A stretch of 64,000 nt of DNA from an uncultured Chloroflexia bacterium. Its GTDB lineage: Bacteria > Chloroflexota > Anaerolineae > Anaerolineales > UBA4823. Where the stretch lies: assembly GCA_963809805.1 (NCBI GenBank), contig CAWELB010000001.1, forward strand, positions 12,447-76,446, given 5' to 3'. The notes below the pieces were generated by a model. The model was not told the DNA's origin, searched no databases, and worked only from the letters and a program-made list of their open reading frames with translations. The translations under genes were made by a program, and so were the position numbers. Each line of letters begins with the position of its first letter. Within the stretch, counting starts at the first letter, position 1. Shown here piece by piece: positions 58,655-64,000 of this stretch.

Positions 58655-59371
58655 ATGCCGAAAAGTTATTATCCACCCCAAACTTTACAAGAAGCATTAT
58701 CCATACCAGATACTATCTACCGAAATGGTGGGCAACCAATGTTTAGAGTGACTCTTGCCGCTGAACTAAAGCTTAGATCAGAAGGCAAAAAATTTCGAGA
58801 AATGATAACATCATCATCAGGTTATGGATTGACCATTGGTTCATATAAAGCCGAAAAGATTGAACTTCAACCGTGTGGAGAAGAAATAGCTAAAGGAAAT
58901 ATTGATGCTGCGTTTGATGCTCTATTCTCAATAGAAGTATTTCAAAAATTTTACGATCATTTTGGAACTGGGGGTAGTAAATCTGTTCCATCTGAAAAAC
59001 CAGCCAGAGATTTTTTAGAAAAAGATTGCACCGTTCCAACTCGCCAAGTCGTTGCAGTGCTCACAAATTTGTTTCAGAATGCAAGGGACTGGCAGCTAAT
59101 TCAAGATATAGCTGGCGGTGAAAAATTCGTACCGGTTGAATTAGCTAAGAAGACAGTACGGTCTGGTGTTGGCACACTCACTCAGAAATTAGAGCCACCG
59201 ATTGATAAGCCATTGCTGCCGGTTACTCTCGAGACAAAAGTCAAGCCTTTGGTCGATATTCCACCTAAGTTACAACTAAATATTGAAATACATATTAATG
59301 CCGATGTAACAGACGACAAGATTGAGACCATCTTTAAAAATATGAAAAAGTATTTATTGACCAATGAATAA
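58655..59371 (+). CDS. hypothetical protein (238 aa), no recognisable motif
   Basis: [10 protein letters not shown] then ATG 58655. The ORF is clean in ~35% GC DNA and its stop overlaps the next start by 8 nt (ATGAATAATGA). Confidence 0.6.
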   Translation: MPKSYYPPQTLQEALSIPDTIYRNGGQPMFRVTLAAELKLRSEGKKFREMITSSSGYGLTIGSYKAEKIELQPCGEEIAKGNIDAAFDALFSIEVFQKFYDHFGTGGSKSVPSEKPARDFLEKDCTVPTRQVVAVLTNLFQNARDWQLIQDIAGGEKFVPVELAKKTVRSGVGTLTQKLEPPIDKPLLPVTLETKVKPLVDIPPKLQLNIEIHINADVTDDKIETIFKNMKKYLLTNE

Positions 59372-59891
59372 TGATCAACCCAAGCTTACCCAAAGGGTAA
59401 GAACTTATATTAACAGTTTGCCAAAAGATTTACTCGAAACAACGCCAATCATTACACCTGACACGTCCTGGCGCGATGATATGCTCCCGTTTGAGCTTTA
59501 TAAAGGAACTACGCTTATTATTGAGAGAGTGGCTGATCAAATAAATAAGTCATTTCACTTTGGAATATACGATGGGTGCGCTGTCTTGATGCGGCGGTTT
59601 ATTGAAATGCTACTGATCTTGACATTTAAGAATTTTAATGTTGAAAATGAAATACTCGATGCATCAGGTGAATATTTTCACTTATCCCTAATCATTAAGA
59701 AGGCAACTGCAAATATAACAATACACCTTTCTCGCAATGCTAAAGAGTATCTTGGTATATTCCGAGATAAAGGCGATCTTTCAGCACATAATCCATTTCA
59801 TCATGCATTAAAAAAAGATTTGGAACTTGTTCAGCCTAAATTTCGCCATTTAGTTCAAGAACTACTTAGCAAATCAGGTATTGTTAAGTAA
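59364..59891 (+). CDS. hypothetical helical protein (175 aa), DUF4145/HEPN-like signature
   Basis: YDGCAVLMRRFIEMLLILTF ... LSRNAKEYLGIFRDKGDLSAHNPFH ... FRHLVQELL. The R-x2-G-x3-A-H pattern and spacing resemble the R..GN..aH core of DUF4145 as I remember it; not searched. Confidence 0.5.
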   Translation: MNNDQPKLTQRVRTYINSLPKDLLETTPIITPDTSWRDDMLPFELYKGTTLIIERVADQINKSFHFGIYDGCAVLMRRFIEMLLILTFKNFNVENEILDASGEYFHLSLIIKKATANITIHLSRNAKEYLGIFRDKGDLSAHNPFHHALKKDLELVQPKFRHLVQELLSKSGIVK

Positions 59892-60070
59892 AACCTATAA
59901 AACTGCTTGCTAAATAGGTATTTGTCAACTACGCTCTCCCAAGTTCAATACAGTCCGACGAACATAAAAGGGGGTGCAAAATGAAAAGCACAAAAGGTTA
60001 TACTCGAAAAACGTAGAAGGTTTCACCTCGCGTAATCATGTCTCCCCTCTTACATGTATTTATGGGTTGT

Positions 60071-60133
60071 GATCTTTTCCGCTAACCTGTGCCGAGTGAT
60101 CTTATCCGCTAATCTGTTATATTATCCGCTTAC
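60071..60133 (+). repeat. three direct repeats with core T(C/T)CGCT(A/T)A (GATCTTTTCCGCTAACCTGT / GATCTTATCCGCTAATCTGT / ATTATCCGCTTAC)
   Basis: Cores at 60078-60085, 60105-60112 and 60125-60132. Two more CGCTAA cores at 60272-60279 and 60286-60293 lie just upstream of ATG 60316. Confidence 0.6.
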
Positions 60134-60224
60134 AAGCTTCCCACATTAGAAATCTTAAAATATTCACGAGTTTCGATAAACCCCTTGTAGATTAGAACAT
60201 ATGTGCTATACTAGGGATACCTCT

Positions 60225-60264
60225 GGCAAGGGAATTATGGTTTTTGATTCCCTTGCCTTTTTTT
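60225..60264 (+). terminator. Rho-independent terminator (11-bp perfect stem + T7)
   Basis: GGCAAGGGAAT-tatggtttttg-ATTCCCTTGCC followed by TTTTTTT. TTGTAG-16 nt-TATACT (60185-60212) sits immediately upstream. Confidence 0.6.
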
Positions 60265-60315
60265 ATTGCCAATCGCTAACAGCCAACCGCTAATTGCTAG
60301 AATCCAAGGAACCCC

Positions 60316-60747
60316 ATGCCCCCCACCACCCAAAAACGCCGCGGCGCTCCCAAAGGTAACTTCAATGCCCTCAAACATGGCTTCTACACCCGTCGTCTAC
60401 GCCAACATGACCTCACCGGGGTCGAAGCCACAGAACCCTCCGGACTGATCGAAGAGATTGCCCTCATCCGTGTCTTCACAAGGCGCCTGATCGAATCCAT
60501 TCACCCCGAATCGGATGTCTACGAGCTCGCCGATATCCTGCGCGCCCTCTGCCTGGCCTCCTCCACCATCACTCGCATCGTCAAAACCCAATTCATTATC
60601 ACCTCCACCGGCCCCGGCATGGATGACGAGATCGCCGTAGCCATCAAACGCGTCAACGACGAACTCCGTGCCCGCTATGGCGATTATTCCAATCCCGACC
60701 CCTCTCCGCCCTCGCCCCTGCCACTCTCCTCTGGGATCGAAGAATGA
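60316..60747 (+). CDS. hypothetical protein (143 aa) with N-terminal basic GAPKGNxNALKHG motif
   Basis: MPPTTQKRRGAPKGNFNALKHGFYTRRL..., then a helical middle and a Pro/Ser-rich tail. I recall the motif from small phage/mobile-element-associated proteins, but this is unverified. Confidence 0.55.
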   Translation: MPPTTQKRRGAPKGNFNALKHGFYTRRLRQHDLTGVEATEPSGLIEEIALIRVFTRRLIESIHPESDVYELADILRALCLASSTITRIVKTQFIITSTGPGMDDEIAVAIKRVNDELRARYGDYSNPDPSPPSPLPLSSGIEE

Positions 60748-61054
60748 CCGCCGCTATCTTATACTTTCATCATTCTTTTCCCCACACGGAATTGTTTCTT
60801 TTTATTTTTTTCGCGAAACAATTGAGGTCCGACCTTGACCGAAATATCGCCAACATAACCTGTGAGCGATCAAGGAGCGATTTCTAGCTGCGTCTTCATG
60901 GGTTCGCTGATGCGACGCAGTCGCGATTGCATTTATGAGCGAAAATCCATCTTCTCCAGCCCACGCAGGTGGGCTTAGTGGTCTTCGGAGCTGCGATTTT
61001 AATCGCCGTGAATTCTTTTTGCGCACCTGGTGTTCTTTGGTGGTGAGAGGTTTT

Positions 61055-61720
61055 TTTACGGTGTTGGGTTTCGCGAAGCCTCAACCCAACCTACTTTTTG
61101 CTGTTGCGAGCGAAAAAATCCGGGGTCACCGACCCCGGCTGCAGAAAAAAATATATAAATTCTTTGTGAACCTTAGTGCGCTTTGTGCCCTTTGTGGTTA
61201 AATCTTTTCACTAAAAAAATGGTTTATCTGCGTTTATCTGCGTTCATTCCGCTCTTGGGATATCCGCCGGTTTTGCGGATGCTGCGGTTAAATTCTTAAA
61301 GGTTTTGGTTGGGTTTCTACTTTTACTGTTGCGAGCGAAAAAATCCGGGATCACCGACCTCGGTAATAAAAAAATATATATAAATTCTTTGTGGACCTTA
61401 GTGCGCTTTGTGCCCTTTGTGGTTAAATCTTTTCACTAAAAAAATGGTTTATCTGCGTTTATCTGCGTTCATTCCGCTCTTGGGATATCCGCCGGTTTTG
61501 CGGATGCTGCGGTTAATTTCTTAAAGTATCTGCGGTTAAATTCTTAAAGGTTTTGGTTGGGTTTCTACTTTTACTGTTGCGAGCGAAAAAATCCGGGGTC
61601 ACCGACCCCAGCTGCAGAAAAAAATATATAAATCCTTTGTGAACCTTAGTGACCTTCGTTCCTTTGTGGTGATCTTTCTCTTAGTGCACTCTCAGCTGTG
61701 GTGATCTTTCTCTTAATGTA
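61055..61720. repeat. tandem repeat, about 2.6 units of 225/248 bp (unit starts 61102, 61327, 61575), reaching into the dnaE stop codon
   Basis: The units align by eye at roughly 95% identity, and unit 2 has a 23-bp internal duplication. Each unit carries a hairpin CCGGGGT-CACCG-ACCCCGG, a hairpin ATCCGC-CGGTTTT-GCGGAT, and a doubled GTTTATCTGC. GTGGTGATCTTTCTCTTA(A/G)TG occurs twice at 61664-61720. Confidence 0.85.
61586..61611 (-). terminator. probable Rho-independent terminator of dnaE (copies also at 61113-61138 and, degenerate, ~61338-61363)
   Basis: On the minus strand the sequence reads C(T)GGGGT-CGGTG-ACCCCGG followed by ATTTTTTCGCTC, about 100 nt downstream of the dnaE stop. Confidence 0.5.
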
Positions 61721-64000
61721 CCCTCAACGGCTCGACGATCACGTTATCCGCCCCCACGATCGCCCCCAATCTCGCTACCAGCTCGGCGCAGAACGTGGTG
61801 GTGTAATTGGGGAACTCGATGCGGTAGCCGCGACTGCGCTCGAATATCTGCAGCGCGAAGCGGTCGTGCCCCGAATACGAGATCAGGATGCCGTAGCACT
61901 GCCGCAGGCGCAGGTTATCCCGCACCTTGTCCACCCCCGGGCGCAGCACCACCGTGATCATGCGCAGCTCCTGCCCGGCATACGCCTCGGTGGGAGGGAG
62001 GATATAGGGTGGGACGGAAATGGTGGAATCACCCACCAAAGACGGCACGTCCATCAACGCGGGTGGTGCGCTTTCCAGCGGCTCGACCATCACCGGCGCC
62101 ATGGCAATTCCCATTGTCACTGCATCCCCGCTGAGCTCCTCCCCCGTGGAGGCGATCCCGCTCACGCGGGTCTCATCCACCTCTTTCAACTCTGTGTCGG
62201 TCAAGGTCTCAATGTCACTGTCTGACTCTTCTTCGCTCACTGTTGGCCGCTCACTGCTAATGGCTGATGGCTGGCTGCTCCCCCCCGGCATCGGCGCTTC
62301 GCTGGAAATCACCCCCCGCTCCACCACGAAACCGCCCGGGGTCACCTCCATGGCAGTCCAGTCGGAGTGGAAGTTCTCCGGCGGCTCAGGCAAGTCTCCC
62401 CAATCCTCCTCCTGGGAGGGCGGTGCTTTCGCCTTCGGTGCAGGGGAACGGGATGCCTTTGGAGCGGGCGCCTGGGTTCTCGCTGCGCCGGTGGTACCCT
62501 GACGGCGGCTCTGATCTGCTGAGCGTTCAGCACCGCCCGGTCCGTTAGTCAAAGAGGCTGGAGGTTCACTCACCAAACGTTTCAGGTCGGTGGTCACGCT
62601 GTCCACCAGCACCTTCGGGTCGCCGCCCTGCGCGTCCACCTTGCCGTCCACCAGCACCACGCTGTCGATCTCGAACACTTCCCAATACTGGTCCCAGGTT
62701 CTGGGGAAGACCACCAGCTCGATGTTGCCCTGCACGTCCTCCAGCGTCACGAAGCCCATGTTCTTGCCCGTCTTGGTCATATGCGGGCGCACCCGCGAGA
62801 CGATGCCCGCCACGCGCACCTTCTCACCCGGCGCCGCTTCCGGCAGCTGCCCTGAGAAATGCGTCACCACCTGGGTGAGTGCATCCATCACCGGGCTCAG
62901 CGGGTGGTCAGACACGTACAGTCCGATCAGCTCGCGCTCCCATTCCAGGATCTCACGCCGGTTGGTTTCGGGGGCACCCTTGGGCAGGGTGATCTCGTCG
63001 CTCAGTCCCGTATGCGCCCCGAACATGCTCATCTGCCCGGCATCCGAAGCGCGGAAGTGCGAAGCACTGATCGACAGCATTTGGTCGAGCATGAGCAGCA
63101 TGGCGCTGCGCGTGCCGAACGTATCCATGGCGCCCACCTTGATCAGGCACTCGAGCGCCCGCTTGCCCACCCCCCGCAGGTCCACTCGCCGTCCAAAGTC
63201 GTTGATGTCCTTGAAAGGCTGCTCCTTGCGGCCTTCCAGGATGGCATCCACCGGGCCCTTACCCACGTTCTTCACCGCCCCCAGTCCGAAGCGGATGGAG
63301 CTCTTGCCCTCCGCTCGGTCTTCGATGGTGAAGTCCCACCCGCTGATGTTCACGCTGGGCGGCTTGACGTCGATGCCCATCCGGCGGCAGTCCGCCACGT
63401 ACAGTGCCACTTTGTCGGTGTCGTTCTGCGATACGGAGAGCAGGGCGGTCATGTACTCTTCGGGATAATGGCACTTCAGGTAGCCGGTCTGCACGGCGAT
63501 GATGCCGTAATCGGCGGCATGGCTCTTGTTGAAGCCGTAGCGGGCGAACTGTTCCCAATCTTCGAAGATCTCACCCGCCGTCTCTTCAAGGATGCCGTGC
63601 TCCACTGCCCCGTGCACGAACTTCTGCTTGTGCTTGAGCAGCTTATCGGCGTCCTTCTTGGCGATGGCTTTGCGCAGGTCGTCCGACTCGGGCGGGGTAT
63701 AGCCTGCCAGCTGCATCGCCGCAGACATGATCTGCTCCTGGTAAACCGGTGTGCCGTAGGTCTCCTTGAAAATGGGCTCCAACAGCGGATGCCGGTACTC
63801 CACCGGCTCCTCACCGTGCATGCGGTGCAGGTACGTCGGGATGGATTCCATCGGTCCCGGGCGGAATAAGGCCACCATGGCGATCACGTGCTCGATAACA
63901 GTCGGCTTCATCACCATCAGCCAGCGGCGCATACCGCTGCCTTCCACCTGGAATACACCCGCCGTCTCCCCTCGCCCCAACAACACATAGGTGGCAGGGT
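61713..64000 (-). CDS. dnaE: DNA polymerase III alpha subunit (DnaE), C-terminal part; N-terminus beyond window; unusual 286-aa C-terminal extension
   Basis: TAGVFQVEGSGM, FRPGPM, TPVYQEQIM, FARYGFNKSHAADYG, HhH region, and OB fold (VRVAGIVSRVRPHMTKTGKNMGFVTLEDVQGNIELVVFP). The frame stays open to position 64000. Confidence 0.9.
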   Translation of the reverse strand, partial: PATYVLLGRGETAGVFQVEGSGMRRWLMVMKPTVIEHVIAMVALFRPGPMESIPTYLHRMHGEEPVEYRHPLLEPIFKETYGTPVYQEQIMSAAMQLAGYTPPESDDLRKAIAKKDADKLLKHKQKFVHGAVEHGILEETAGEIFEDWEQFARYGFNKSHAADYGIIAVQTGYLKCHYPEEYMTALLSVSQNDTDKVALYVADCRRMGIDVKPPSVNISGWDFTIEDRAEGKSSIRFGLGAVKNVGKGPVDAILEGRKEQPFKDINDFGRRVDLRGVGKRALECLIKVGAMDTFGTRSAMLLMLDQMLSISASHFRASDAGQMSMFGAHTGLSDEITLPKGAPETNRREILEWERELIGLYVSDHPLSPVMDALTQVVTHFSGQLPEAAPGEKVRVAGIVSRVRPHMTKTGKNMGFVTLEDVQGNIELVVFPRTWDQYWEVFEIDSVVLVDGKVDAQGGDPKVLVDSVTTDLKRLVSEPPASLTNGPGGAERSADQSRRQGTTGAARTQAPAPKASRSPAPKAKAPPSQEEDWGDLPEPPENFHSDWTAMEVTPGGFVVERGVISSEAPMPGGSSQPSAISSERPTVSEEESDSDIETLTDTELKEVDETRVSGIASTGEELSGDAVTMGIAMAPVMVEPLESAPPALMDVPSLVGDSTISVPPYILPPTEAYAGQELRMITVVLRPGVDKVRDNLRLRQCYGILISYSGHDRFALQIFERSRGYRIEFPNYTTTFCAELVARLGAIVGADNVIVEPLRVH

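Noticed and set aside
59981-60016. 11-codon ORF (MKSTKGYTRKT) as a leader peptide or toxin
   Set aside because: It rests only on a good RBS, is too short to evaluate and has no conservation information. It is kept only as a note inside the spacer finding.
61055-61720. Possible CRISPR array, because of the regularly repeated sequence
   Set aside because: The period is 225-248 bp and whole units are near-identical. There is no 25-40 bp repeat alternating with unique spacers, and no cas genes are present in the window.

Overview
Read by eye, with no searches run, the window is three compositionally unrelated pieces joined inside ORFs. Piece A (1 to ~41,455) is very GC-rich; a hand-counted line gave 77% GC. 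Nearly every gene in it is recognisable but broken by single-base frameshifts. It carries a sigma-54 regulator, a histidine kinase and a PP2C phosphatase. These are followed by a long translationally coupled Tad/Flp pilus operon: 3 Flp pilins, TadE/G-like proteins, CpaB, CpaC, CpaE, CpaF, TadB, TadC and DUF192. That operon runs straight into FHA proteins, a second GspE/PilB-type ATPase, a response regulator, a Ser/Thr kinase and PEGA/PDZ/TPR proteins. Housekeeping genes follow: acyP, apt, tRNA-Arg(CCT), speB, a deoxyhypusine-synthase-like gene, a peptidase/propeller/Omp85-like outer-membrane protein, mutS, tsaB, rimI, psd, pssA, a ~1,340-aa sensor kinase and a PQQ-type beta-propeller. Piece B (~41,456 to ~42,300) is AT-rich (20-38% GC in counted lines) and holds a truncated elbB-like gene and a 2'-5' RNA ligase fragment. 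Piece C (~42,300 to 64,000) is roughly 50-58% GC with clean long ORFs. It contains a MerR/aldo-keto-reductase cluster, an acyl-CoA mutase large subunit, a PPi-type phosphofructokinase, an ABC importer, a SnoaL-like protein with an inserted PDZ domain, and a 1,026-aa Type IIG restriction-modification enzyme whose C-terminal half is AT-rich. After the enzyme come an AT-rich two-gene cassette of unknown function, a small GAPKGN-motif protein, a ~225-248 bp tandem repeat, and the 3' part of dnaE with a 286-aa C-terminal extension. Piece C intergenic regions are filled with a modular family of hairpin repeats. The best candidates for something new are the AT-rich cassette next to the mosaic RM gene (56.9-60.3 kb) and the signalling-loaded Tad locus. 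The piece joins and the frameshift density must be checked against reads before any biology is built on them. Coordinates of frameshifted genes are approximate (tens of nt).
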